64,000 nucleotides of DNA, taken from assembly GCF_000143415.4 (NCBI RefSeq), contig NW_003314286.1, forward strand, positions 1,549,718-1,613,717. The letters are read 5' to 3'. The stretch comes from Selaginella moellendorffii. Lineage: Eukaryota > Plantae > Lycopodiophyta. A program made the position numbers and the translations under genes. Numbering within the stretch: the stretch's first letter is position 1; the number at the start of each line of letters is the position of its first letter. The notes below the pieces were generated by a model that made no database searches, was not told the DNA's origin, and was given only the letters and a program-made list of their open reading frames with translations. Shown here one piece after another: positions 26,439 to 38,601 of this stretch.

Positions 26439-27795
26439 ATGCCGCAGCCAAAGAAGCAGGGATCGCCGGATGTGGCATCGTCTCCTCCCACCGGGGCTAG
26501 GGTGCGTGATCGCTGTGGCCGCGTTTTCTTTGTCTGATGGATTAAATTTTCCTTGGCAGTCGCCCGGTGCTGCTACGGAGCAATCGGCTCAGAGAAATGG
26601 CTCTTCCGAGGGGAGGAAAATCTCCTCCGAGGACATCCAACTGGTAAATTTCTCAAAGCTAGATCACGTATCGATCGAGAGTGTGGGTTTCCTTTTCTTT
26701 CGTCACAGGTCCAGAATCTTATAGAGCGGTGCTTGCTACTTTACATGAATCGAAAGGAGGTTGTACACACTCTCCACGCCCAAGCAAAAGTGGAACCTGG
26801 TTTCACGAGCCTTGGTAAGCTCAAAAGCCGTGCACAACGTGAGAGAAAAAAACTCCTCTTTTTTGTTTTTTGTTTTTTTCCTTTTTCTGTGTTCTTTCCC
26901 TCTTCACAGTCTGGATGAAACTAGAAGAACAAAATCCCGACTTCTTCAAAGCATACTACACTAGGTTGAAATTGAAGCTGCACATTGCGACTTTTAATCA
27001 TTTGTTGGACCAACAGGCCGAGCTGAGGAGGAAACTGGGTCTGCTTCCTCAAGTTTATCCATCACAAGGTGGCTTTCCTCATATATCTGCGAACTCAGTC
27101 TAAAGTTTGTTCTTTCCTCTCCAGTTTCTCAGATGATACCAACGCAGCCATCACACTTAGGACACCCGGCCTCGCAAAACTTAGAACATTCGACACACAG
27201 GTGAGCAATGCCAGCTCCATCCTGATACTGCGGTTGCTAAACTCGAGCTTGAATGGAAGGGATTCATCGGCTATGGAGCTGGCTACTGCTCCTGGCGAGC
27301 TCAACTCTACGGCAGACGTTCTCTTCTCTTTTGGGACGTCGGCGGAGCTGCCAGGCATGGGACTCGACTCCAGCTTTGTGCACCAAGAGCCACAGCCCAT
27401 GGAAAGCTTGCAAAGTGATGGAGATGGAATGAGCACCCGAGACTCTCTCTCGTCGCTCTCTCAGTTGCCACGGAACTTTAGCTTGTCAGACTTGACAGCC
27501 GACTTGGGACCGAACAGCCGGTTTCCCAGGAACTTCAGTCTATCGGATCTTACGGCTGATTTAGGAACGGGTAAGATTATCTTGTTCTCTTGAAACATAA
27601 CTTTGGGGAGCTTTTACGTCGCAGATTTTGGAGCTTTAGGGAACTACACTTCACCATTTGTCTCGGACGAAGCTTATCTCCACTCTCCAAAGAGTGGGGG
27701 CTTCGGTAAGATTTTTTCGTGAGTGGTTTTTTATTTTTTTCCTCTAATTTTCTGTGACGACAGACGAAGAACCAATGCTGGAATTTGGAGATTGA
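26439..27795 (+). CDS. Plant-specific TIGR01589 (A_thal_3526) family protein
   Basis: DIQLVQNLIERCLLLYMNRKEVV...EPGFTSLVWMKLEEQNPDFFKAYYTRL; C-terminal PRNFSLSDLTAD motif; start and stop exons inferred from splice sites. Confidence 0.85.
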
Positions 27796-28023
27796 TTTTA
27801 CTCTTGAATTGTACGAATGTAACATGTGTAGACCATATCATCCACCACAATTCCTGGTTTGTATAGAAAGGTTTGATTTTTTTTGTTCTCTAGAATATGC
27901 GTCTTCGCGCTCTCACTTGGATAGAGAAGAAATTTTAGGGCTTCTTTCGCCCCCGGAGAGACGAGAGACAAAAAAAATCCTCCCGCTCTTTTTTCCAACA
28001 ATGTCGTTAGGGATTTTGTGGCG

Positions 28024-29763
28024 ATGGAGGTGGTGAGTAGTTCCGAGAGCCCGACGTCGTCCGCGAGTACGTCCACAGCCGCGACGGCGTCTCTGCCGTC
28101 ATCGTTGAAATCCAGGCGGCCGAAATGTGAGTAGTGGTGAAGTACAGAGATCACAATGTTTCTTTTGTTTTTTATTTTGTTCTTTCTTCTAGATTCTAGA
28201 TTCACGCAGCAAGAGCTTCCAGCTTGCAAGCCCATGCTCACGACGGGATGGGTAAGAGCCCCTAGACTTAAATCTCGTCTTCTTTGGTGGAATTACAATC
28301 TGGTTCTTGTGTTTCTTCGTTTCTCCATTTCTCGAATTCCTGGCTGATTTTCTTCATTTTTTTTTTTTTCTTGTCTTACAGGTGATATCGATTTTCATGG
28401 CTGTTGGTGTACTGTTTATTCCACTTGGAGCCTGCGCTTTGAATTCGTCCAAGAAGGTGAGATATATAGCTCAGTCTCCTTAGAAAAAAAGAGTAGAAGA
28501 AAACTACCAGGTTGTGGAGATCGTCGATCAGTACGAGACTGTTTGCATCCCTTCTGCTGGAACAAAAGAAGCACGGGTCCAATACATCCAGGACATCTCC
28601 ACCGCCAAAGCTTGCACTAGACAGCTCCTGGTAGGCAATTTTTTTCTTTGGATGAACACAAGCAGTAATTCACACCTCTTTTTCTTTTTTGGTTTCGTTT
28701 CAAGATCTTTCACTGCCACCGTTGTAGGTCACTAAGAACATGGCCCAGCCGATTTATGTCTACTACGAGCTTCACAACTTCTTCCAAAACCATCGGAGGT
28801 ACTTGTCCTTGCCTGAGAATCCTAGCAGGACTCATTCTTCCCTGCAGATATGTAAAGAGCAGGAGTGATCAGCAGCTTTTATATGGAAATGCAAGCGAGA
28901 GCAGCATGGCCAACTGCGATCCACAGAGGCTCCTCGCTGGGAAGCCCATTGTGCCGTGCGGGCTCATCGCCTGGAGCCTGTTCAACGATACATACTCGTT
29001 CAAGCTCAACAGTGTGGCTCTCGCAATCAACAGGAAGGGCATCGCCTGGGACAGCGATCGCAAAGACAAGTTTGGTGGCAGTGTTTATCCTTCCAACTTT
29101 CCAAACAATTATCCCGCGGCTACAAACGGTAGCATCATTGGTGGAGCAAGCTTAGATCCCAATACTCCAGTAAGTAACAAACGTGAGATCTCTCCCTCTC
29201 ATTCTCGTTTACATACATACTGATGCTAGATTTTTGTTTCTACTCCAGCTAAATGCGAATGAGGATCTCATTGTGTGGATGCGAACTGCAGCACTTCCGG
29301 TGTTTAGGAAGCTGTGGGGGAAGATTGAGCGCGATCTCTATGCCGGGGACTTGATCACCGTGGACATAAACAACGTCTACAATGTCTACAGCTTCCACGG
29401 TAAGAAGAAGCTGGTCTTGGCAACCACAAGCTGGCTGGGAGGCAAGAACCATTTTCTGGGAATCGCTTATCTCGTTGTTGGTGGCTTGAGCATTGCGATG
29501 GCGATGGTATTTGTAGGAATTCAGATAAAGTGTCCAAGGTATGATCTCGTGGTTTATTGCTTGTGGATGACTCGTTGTTTGGATTCCAGGCCTCTCGGTG
29601 ATCCGAGCTACTTGTCATGGAACAAGAACAAGGGTCGCGACTTAAACACGAGTCCAGCCACTGGAGTGCACTTTGAGGTTTGCGAAACTTTCATGTTTTT
29701 AGAGGTCAAAGTTCTTTGTTCTTGATTTTCTTCCAGGAGCGGTCGCTTGCAACAGGAAATTGA
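28024..29763 (+). CDS. ALIS: ALA-interacting subunit (CDC50/LEM3 family flippase beta-subunit)
   Basis: FTQQELPACKPMLT, FFQNHRRYVKSRSDQQL, PCGLIAWSLFNDTY, EDLIVWMRTAALP, SWLGGKNHFLGIAYL. Confidence 0.95.
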
Positions 29764-32700
29764 GTGATTAAATCCTTTATTTGCTAGTTGGAGTAACGCA
29801 AATCTTTCTCAGTTGGAACCTTTTCGTGGTGGGGTTGCTCGCATGAGTGAGCTAGATTGCGACGAGCGGGAAATTTGAGGCTCGATCCTCTAGAGTGAGC
29901 AATTACCGCAGGTAGTTCCTTTTGCAAAGCCACTACCAGATCTATCAGCTGGTGGAAGTCCAGAAGGATGAATTATGCGACTTTCATGGGTCCAAATGTT
30001 GTGATGCGTAAAAGCAATTTCTTCTTCCTCATTTGTCTCCTCAGAAGTATGGGAGGGTTGAAATACTGTTGTGTTTGAATGATGGTTTTAGCACAAGGTA
30101 CAATAAAGAGAAAAGTAGTTTATCCATGTTACTAATGTATAGAGTTTATATAGCTCAACATTACACCCACAAACAAACTCATTTTCAAACCACTCTTTTA
30201 TCCATGTAATGTCTTGCTTGTAAAATCATACCACTTTATTGCATTTCATCCATAGTGCTTCTTCCTCCTCACTTGCTCCAAATGATTGTTATTATTTAAG
30301 ACACTTTAGATGTTATTTATGTCATTGACAATAGTCAATATTTTAATACATATTCAACAGTCATATGATAAATTATAAAGTCCTATAGGCTTTAACATAA
30401 TGAATATATATATTCTTAGATTATTTGTTGCAAAAACTTATCTTGAATCTCATTAAGTAACTTCTTGAATTAATAGATGGTAGTTGAGCCTAATTGAAAC
30501 CCAATATATTAATAATCATTGCACACACTAAAAGGCATGAATAAAAACATAAAACATTATTACATGATACAATGAATAATACAAGTCAAACAATATTAAA
30601 AAGTCATTTTGTGAGATAATATTATTACTCATTGTTTAACATTGTTGCATTTTTACACCATATAACACTATTGTTGCATTGCTACACCACAGAACACCAC
30701 CATAACACTAATATGTTGCTATATAATATTGTTGTTTCAAAGTTGTTACATTGCTGTATTGCATAGCACCACTATAGCATTATTGTGCCAACAAAATATT
30801 ATTGTTTTGCCCTACACCACTGTATAACATTTAAAAGAAAAACCTTAAGAAATTTTTCTTTGGTGTGATTCAATGCATTATACTTGGAGAAGCAATTTAA
30901 ATTTTTTACAACATGGCAGTACACATAGCAATGTTGTAGTATAGGTGACATATTTTTTAAAAATGATTTTTATCCCATATCCGGAGCACTCACAACAATA
31001 TTTTTTATTATCAAACAAATCAATGTAGTTTATGTATATTTTAGTAGTTATGCTATTTCAAGTCAATTATTTCTTTCTAATTGAATCAAAAGAAAACCAC
31101 AAGCAATTGATCAAGTTGTCAATATAAAACTCAATCATTCTTATGGATTTATGATGACGTGTAATGAGATAACATTGATGTAGAGTTAATCTATTTAATT
31201 TCTTTTACAACCATGCATAACAGCACAATTTTTTATATAAGTCATGACATGACTGATGTGTTTAAGCACCAACACATGTGGTTTTTTGGAGAGTATTGTC
31301 TTTTAGCTGTCAATACAATATCTATAAAAGTATTCTAGAGTCCAAGAAATAAGCAAAATAGTGCATATTGCTACATCATCAAATTAAACAATTTTATAGA
31401 TAAATCAAGCTTCCTTTTTAACTCATCTATATGTTTTAGAGCTAAGTCAAAAATTAATTTTAAAAAAGGCTTAAGAAAAAGATACTTTTAGAGAGGAACA
31501 CAAAAAAAAAAAAAACATATTAGTAGCTGAAATTATAAAAACTAAAAAACTAAAAAAAGTGAAGTAACAAGATGTAAAAGAAACCCCAAAATAAGAATCT
31601 ATATAAGAAAAATCATTAAAAGTCATTTTCCTTTTTATTTAAATCCTAAAAAACTACTTTTCAAGCCATTTTCTTTGATTGCTAATAATTTATCATACTT
31701 CTATACAAGTTTATGCCTTTTTGAATAAAAGTTGCTAAATGTCAATCTTAATTAACATCAACAAAATTAGATTTAAGTTTCCTTTAGTTTCTTATAATCC
31801 ACTAGGATTTCCTACAAATTCATACCCTTGTGAATAAAAGCTATTAGATTTCAATCTCAATTGACATCTCAACAATTTCAACAAAGTCAAATATGAATTT
31901 TCATTAGTTATTTACAATCCACCATGCTTATTTGCCCTGAAATTAAAATATAAACTCATGAATTCGAAAGGCCATCTAGTACCTCTCAAACCCAAAGATG
32001 CTTAACTCTATATATCCCAAAAATTTTAATTGATTAAAAAAAGAGTGAATTGTTGTTAATTTCTCTCTATATTTACCTTAATAGACATCACATATATGAC
32101 CATCACCGTCATTTTGTTAATGGTGACGGTGATAAAATGACAATGGCACTATACATATAATCATCATCCATGTCAAATTATCCTAGATTATTCTAAAATT
32201 AGTGTTGACTTGTCATTGATTAATGTCATATCATTAGGGTTCATATGGGATGAACATGGCAATGATTGTGGTTTCTATAGTTGCTACAGCTGTTGCTATA
32301 GTTGATTAGTTGGTTGTTACTTATAGAAGATTTAGAAGGTGTTTCAGAAAAGATCTTGAGGACAAGAGGTTTGAAGTTACTTGTAAGCCACAAATTTTTC
32401 CTTTTCAATTTGCCAACTTACCTCGTCTATCCGACTAACACCGCCTTGGCCTTTGCTAAGTTCCTTCGCCAAGGTTCCTGCATATTATACCAGTTCCTAC
32501 TTGGTCCTACTTGGTTTCAGTTACTCATTGCACGAGCAACAGAGCGTTAGCCATCTATCCATGGATTCCTAAATCTCTCCAAATCCCCCTCCCCAAGTTA
32601 AACTGGACTTAAAGTTCGGCTACACACCCCATAGGCATAAGCAGCCAAGCACATTAAGCCTCTAGGTTTCTAGCATCCCTTACTACAACAAGGCTTGATC

Positions 32701-32784
32701 ATAGGACCCCCTAAATCCCAAGCCTTAGGTGCAACACTTGCTTCGAGATACCAGGGGGAAACACTGTGGCCTAATGGCCCGGTA

Positions 32785-33171
32785 TGTCAAGACCCCTAAC
32801 AAGATCAAGATTGGAAAATGCAAAAAGACAAAGAGAAAAGCTAGTGGAAACAAAGAAGAGGCCTTAGACTGGCGTTGATTCAGATTGTGGAGAAATGGAA
32901 CAAGGCTAACCTATATATACTATAGGTTGATGAAGCTCCACCACTCTTGGATCGAGGACGGCCTAAATATAGCTGAGGTCGAGGAGGTGCCACATCATCA
33001 TCAGGAATGTGGCTCGAGACTCAGGAATCGGGAAGTGTCTCGAGAGTCAGGAATAGGAAAGTGTCTCGAGAGTCAGGAATAGGGAAGTGTCTCGAGAGTC
33101 AGGAATGTGGTCTGCAGGTCAGGAATCCGGTGAGAGTCAGGAATGTGGCAAGAATTGGGGGATTCCTGACA
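32785..33171 (-). repeat. 3' LTR of the chromovirus, containing three 26-bp tandem units
   Basis: TG...CA ends; gtgtctcgag recurs at 33035, 33061 and 33087; repeated tcaggaat motif. Confidence 0.95.
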
Positions 33172-33182
33172 GCACCCCCTCC

Positions 33183-36100
33183 TCAAGAACGAGTGGAATG
33201 AGGATGTGAACGAGAACGAAGAGGAGGATGAGATGAGCGGCGAGGGATGGGAGATGGAGAAAAAGAATGAGGACTGGGACGAGAAGGATAGCGGCGGTGG
33301 AAGTCCTGAACAAGGTCAGGAGAATGAAGCAGGTTGTCTGCAGTTTCCCAAGTGCGTTCCTCAGGTCCGTAACACTTCCAGTCCACCAGATAGTAGAGTT
33401 TAGACCGTGAAATCTTGGAATCAAGGATGTCCTAAACCTCGTACTCAGACCCATCCTCGAGCTGCACTGGTGGAGGCGGAGGAATGACCCGATTTGGAAT
33501 AGGACTGGGAATATAAGGCTCAAGGAGAGAGGAGTGAAAAACGGGGTGAATTTGATATGAGGAGGGAAGTGCAAGGCGATAAGTGACAGGATTAATGATG
33601 GCAGTGATAGGGAAAGGACCAAGGCGTTTGAAATCGAGTTTTGGACAGGGCCTGGTGGTGGAGATATTTCGCCTGAGGAGCCAGACTTTATCCCCGATAT
33701 TGTAAGGGGGACAATCCTGACGATGGACATTGGCAAATGTTTTATGAAATTCCTGAGCACGATGGAGGTGGAAGGAGATGGAGTTGTGGAGTTCCTGGAG
33801 GTTGGAGATAAATGCCTCAGAGCGGGGATTTGAACAAGAGGATTTAGATAGAGAAGGAAGTGAGAGATTGAATCGGGGATTTTGGCCAGAGTTCGCAAAG
33901 AAGGGGGAAACTCGAAGAGAGGAGTGAACAGAGTTGTTATAGGAGAACTCAGCAAGGCGAAGGATATCGAACCAGTTATCCTGATGATAGTTGATGAAGC
34001 ACCTCAAGAATTGTTCCAACGTCTGAATCGTTCGCTCAGACTGCCCATCAGTTTGAGGATGATATGCCGAAGAGAGGTTGGCCTTCACTCCAAGCAGCTG
34101 CAAAAACTGTTGCCAGAAATGAGAGATGAACTGAGGCCCCCGATCCGAAACCACATCTGTAGGAATCCCATGAAGTCGGAAAATTTCCCTGAATACCAGT
34201 TTTGCCATGTCCTCGCCCGAAAACTCCTTGGTACATGGCAAGAAGTGCGCCATCTTTGTGAAGCGATCCACCACGACTAAAATGCTATTGAAGCCTCAAG
34301 AACTCGGAAGATAAATCAAGAAATCCATGGAGATGGATTCCCAAGGACCTGAAGGGACCGGAAGGGAACGAAGCAAACCTGAAGGAAGGTGGCGAGGTAC
34401 CTTATTCCGGGCACAAGTGTCACAGGAGGTAACAAAAGCTTTGATGTAGTCGTCCATGTGAGGCCACCAAAAGTCCCGTGCAACTAGCTCATAGGTTTTC
34501 GCAATGCCGAAGTGACTAGCAGTCGGGCTATCGTGGCACGCCATCAGGACCAACCTTCGAGCATCACCTTCAGGAACGTAAAGCTGCTCCCCACGGTACA
34601 ATAAGCCATCTAAGAACTCGAACTCGTCAAATCACCGGCAGTCGGGAGTCACTGGGTGTCTAGCCTGAAGATGGGGGAAAATGTCACTAGCGAGATCATC
34701 GGATTGAAGATCGTTTCTGATTGCATCCATCAAGGAGGAGTCCTGAGGGGCCAGGGAAATTGCCATAACTTGAAGCCGATCAGGACCGAGGATAACTTGA
34801 TCCTGTTGATCGAAGGCAGGATTACCAGGCCTGAGACTGAGATAGGAGCGCCTTGAAAGAGCATCAGGAAGGCCTTGAAACTTTCCAGGTCTGTACTTGA
34901 TAACAAAGTCAAACCGACTCAGGAATTGTGCCCACCTTGCTTGACGACGGCTTAAAACTCGGGAAGTGGCAAAGTACTCGAGATTTTTGTGATCCGTCCA
35001 GACTGTTGTTTGATGGCTCGCCCCCTCCAAGAAACGGCGCCACTCTCCAAAGGAATCCACGATGGCAAGGAGCTCCTTGTCGTGGATTTCGTAATTGATC
35101 TCCGCAGGCTGGAATTTCTGAGAATGGAAAGCGACCGGATGAAGTTCGTGATCCGCTCCGCGTTGAGACAGCACAGCACCAATGGCAAAGTTGGAGGCGT
35201 CAGCCTCGATGAAGAAAGGTTGTGAGGAATCAGCATGGATCAAGACAGGAGTAGAACTGAAGGCCGCCTTGAGTGTGTCGAAGGCCTGTTGGGCAGCAAC
35301 AGACCAAGAGAAGGGAACATCCTTGTGAGTGAGATGTGTGAGAGGAAGGACAATGTCAGAGTAGTGATCAATGAATTTGCGATAGAAGTTGGCAAAACCA
35401 AGGAAAACCTGAACGTCCGACATTGATTGTGGAGGCTCCCATTCGAGAATAGTCTTGACTTTGGCAGGATCCATCGTGATACCATCAGGAGTGACAATGT
35501 ACCCAAGGAACTCCACAGACTGCTGATCAAAGGAACATTTCTCAAGCTTCGCGTATAGGCCGTGTTCTCGCAGCTTCACTAGCACCTTGCGAACATGTTC
35601 GTCATGCTCCTCCTGAGTTTTTGAGTAGATGAGGATGTCATCGAGATAGACGATCACCATCTGATCAAGAAACTCCCGAAAGACGTCGTTCGCCATGTGT
35701 TGGAAAACTGTTGGAGCATTTGTCAAGCCAAATGGCATGACAGTGTACTCGAAGTGGCCATAGCGGGTTCGGAACGCAGTCTTCCATTCATCACTAGGCC
35801 GGATCCGGATCAGGTTATATGCTCCACGGAGGTCAATCTTGGTGAAGAAGCGGGCACCGCCGAGGCGTTCCAACAGGTCCGAGATTAGGGGCAGCGGATA
35901 ACGGTTCCAAACAGTCACCTTGTTCAAACCTTGGTAGTCGATGACTAGCCGCAAGCTCCCATCCTTCTTCTTGACAAAGAAGACAGGCGCTCCAGCCAGG
36001 CACTGCGAATGCTGAATGTAGCCCGAGGCAAGGTTCTCATCCACGTACTCTTTGAGGGCCTTAAGCTCGGACGGGGATAACCCATAGATAGGCCCCCACG

Positions 36101-36941
36101 GAGGTGACGCTCCTTCCTGTAAATCAATGGGACAATCATAAGGCCGATGAACAGGCAGTACACTAGCTTTTTTCATGTCAAACACATCCCCAAAAACATG
36201 ATACTTCTCAGGAAGACTGACAGGAGAAACATGCAAAGCAAAAAGAAAAAGAGGTTCTTCATGAAGGAGTTCTTTCATAGTGATTGTGGAGATAGGAGGA
36301 GGCGTACGACTAAATGGAATGATGAGACGAGGATACGGTCCAGTGTAAGATGGAAGAGAGGAAAAAGAAGAGGGTGAAAACTTTATAGAGTCAGGAACAG
36401 AACCCCGATTTGAGTTTAGGGAACTTTTCCTGATTCGGACTCGATGAACAGCAGGGGAAGCCGTGGGAGAGATGAGCTGTAATTCCTTCCAACAGATCTG
36501 AGGCTGATGTAGTTGGAACCAAGGAAGACCGAGCACCACAGAGGAGGACTTGCTGTTGATGATGTTGAAGGCGATATCGGTGACGGTGGACCCGATGTGT
36601 ACTCGAACGGGCAACGTTTCCCTAAGTCCAGAAGATGGAGACACAAAATGCCTGCCGATGCCTTCAACCCTCAAATCCCGTATGGTAGGAGAAAGAGGAA
36701 CGTGATGTCGGGCAGCAAAGTCCGTGTCCATGAAGCAGGAAGTTGCACCCGAGTCCAGTAATGCCAGAGCCTTGAGTCCTGATTGTCCGGTGAAAGAAAG
36801 GAGACATGGGACATGGAAGTTGCGGGAATTGGTGGTGGCTTTGATGAAAGGTGGTGAGGAGCTTGATAAAGAAGAAAAGTGATTTTTATTTGGGGAGTCC
36901 AAACAGACAGCTCCTACTCTGTTTGGACAGGGTCGTTTCCC
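33183..36941 (-). pseudogene. pol: pol: aspartic protease, RT, RNase H, integrase and chromodomain, with in-frame stops at 34632, 34296 and 33432
   Basis: ALLDSGAT; YLDD; EADASNFAIGAVL; HDSPTASH...CDTC zinc finger; SDRGPQF...ERTIQ core; EYEV...YLVDWKCYGPEERTWE chromodomain; all segments share one frame. Confidence 0.95.
36897..36941 (-). promoter_or_regulatory. Programmed -1 ribosomal frameshift signal (G GGA AAC, 6-nt spacer, 11-bp stem-loop)
   Basis: Sense sequence tcG GGA AAC gaccct GTCCAAACAGA gtaggagctg TCTGTTTGGAC tcccc; pol is in the -1 frame relative to gag. Confidence 0.8.
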
Positions 36942-37885
36942 GACTACAATAGAGGTGGACTTTGAGGCAGAGTGAACTCGAGCAGTCGAGGAGGCTTCTT
37001 GGGACATACAACTGCTTTGTGATTAGGATCAGCACAATAGAGGCAAAGATTATGAGATATTCGACGTTGCTTCTCAGCAAGACTCAACTTCCCTCTAATG
37101 AGTCGGGGAGTACCAGAAATATCCATCGGAACCGGAGCAGTAGGTTCAGGAGTATGCCCCGAAGACTCAAGCTGGGATTCCTGAGTCTGGGACGGAAAAA
37201 TAGCGGCGCGGCGACTTTCCTGACGACGTTCAAAGAGACGATTGTCACATCAAACAGCTTTGTTGATGGCATCCGATAGGTCCTTGGGATCCTCCATGGT
37301 GAGCAACAAATCCTTGACACCGTTGTTGAGGCCAAAACGAAATTGGTCAATCAGGGCCCGCTCATCCCACTGAGTGTCCAAAGCAAGGAGTTGGAACTCT
37401 GCAGCGTAGATCGAGGCAGGACGAGACCCCTGAGAGAGACGTCTCATCTTTGTGGTAGCAACCCGAACCCGATCCGTCTCGCCAAAACATGCTTCGAGCT
37501 TCTCTTTGAACAATTGAAAATCCATCAGCTCTGGAACCACGACCCCTTTCATGCTCTTCTCCAGAAGAGGAGAAAACCATGACAAAGTTGCACCTTCGAG
37601 CAACGTCCCAATCGCGCCGATTTGAGACTTGGGAGTAGGGTACCGCCGATGTTGAAGTGCGAAGATCAACTCCATCTGGTTCAGGAATCCGCGAAGCTCC
37701 GAACGCTTGCCTGAAAATTTCACCGGGAAGCTCACCTTCGGTTCAGGAACTTTGCTGGATCCTTGAGCCGAAAGTGAAGCAAGCTCCTGCTGCATGCGAA
37801 GAAGGATCGCCTTCAGCTCGGTATTCTCAGACTGGATTTTTGCAAGGACTTCAGCAAAGAAATCAGGATGGCTTGGAGACTCCAT
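36914..37885 (-). pseudogene. gag: gag (PEG10/Ty3-like capsid plus CCHC zinc knuckle), with in-frame stops at 37250 and 36944
   Basis: PEPKVSFPVKFSGKRSELRGFL, LSQGSRPASIYAAEF, WDERALIDQFRFGL, PVPMDI, CLYCADPNHKAVVC. Confidence 0.92.
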
Positions 37886-37967
37886 TGGCAAGAAGAAAGG
37901 AAAAAGGGTGAAAAAAAGGCAAAGGTAATCAAACAATCAAAACGAGCTAAATCAAAAAACGAAAAAA

Positions 37968-37982
37968 CACAATCTGAATCAA
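37968..37982 (-). promoter_or_regulatory. Self-priming primer-binding site, complementary to LTR 38075-38089
   Basis: Plus-strand cacaatctgaatcaa (37968-37982) is the exact reverse complement of ttgattcagattgtg (38075-38089). It lies 2 nt from the 5' LTR, and no TGG tRNA-type PBS is present. Confidence 0.85.
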
Positions 37983-37984
37983 AC

Positions 37985-38371
37985 TATCAAGACCCCTGAC
38001 AAGATCAAGATTGGAAAATGCAAAAAGACAAAGAGAAAAGCTAGTGGAAACAAAGAAGAGGCCTTAGACTGGCGTTGATTCAGATTGTGGAGAAATGGAA
38101 CAAGGCTAACCTATATATACTATAGGTTGATGAAGCTCCACCACTCTTGGATCGAGGACGGCCTAAATATAGCTGAGGTCGAGGAGGTGCCACATCATCA
38201 TCAGGAATGTGGCTCGAGACTCAGGAATCGGGAAGTGTCTCGAGAGTCAGGAATAGGAAAGTGTCTCGAGAGTCAGGAATAGGGAAGTGTCTCGAGAGTC
38301 AGGAATGTGGTCTGCAGGTCAGGAATCCGGCGAGAGTCAGGAATGTGGCAAGAATTGGGGGATTCCTGACA
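37985..38371 (-). repeat. 5' LTR of the chromovirus, TATA-like element at ~38111-38119
   Basis: Copy of 32785-33171 offset by exactly 5200 bp; inner end reads TA instead of CA on the sense strand. Confidence 0.95.
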
Positions 38372-38601
38372 CGGTATGGGTACCTCTACGCCCCCACTTC
38401 CATCCCGAAGGGAAGGCCCAATCCCCTAGAAAGGGTGAGGACCAATGAGCCGCAAGGTACTCAAATGAGGCACCACTCCATATGAGCCAGGAGCACCGTA
38501 GTCGGTTTCCCTTCCGGGAGTGGGAGTTGCTCTTGAGCACTTCCTTGGGTGGCCCCTTCGGCAGCACCCGAATCCATGCTCACTCCCACCCAAAGCCCCT
38601 C

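Larger units (their letters stand above)
32785..38371 (-). mobile_element. Full-length Ty3/Gypsy chromovirus LTR retrotransposon (Tf1/sushi/Tcn1-like), 5587 bp, CGGTA TSD
   Basis: 387-bp LTRs at 32785-33171 and 37985-38371 (3 mismatches seen); TSD cggta at 32780-32784 and 38372-38376; PPT next to 33172; gag-PR-RT-RH-IN-chromodomain order. Confidence 0.97.

Noticed and set aside
29900-32080. AT-rich tract (similar tracts at 18900-19550 and 49230-50700)
   Set aside because: Probably decayed TE or intergenic DNA; no termini or ORFs recognisable by eye.
33001-33145. Regularly spaced repeats superficially like a CRISPR array
   Set aside because: 26-bp tandem units with no unique spacers inside a eukaryotic LTR; no cas genes.
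33137-33955. 272-aa minus-strand ORF overlapping the integrase
   Set aside because: Alternative frame of the pol 3' region with low-complexity composition and no env-like features I can support.
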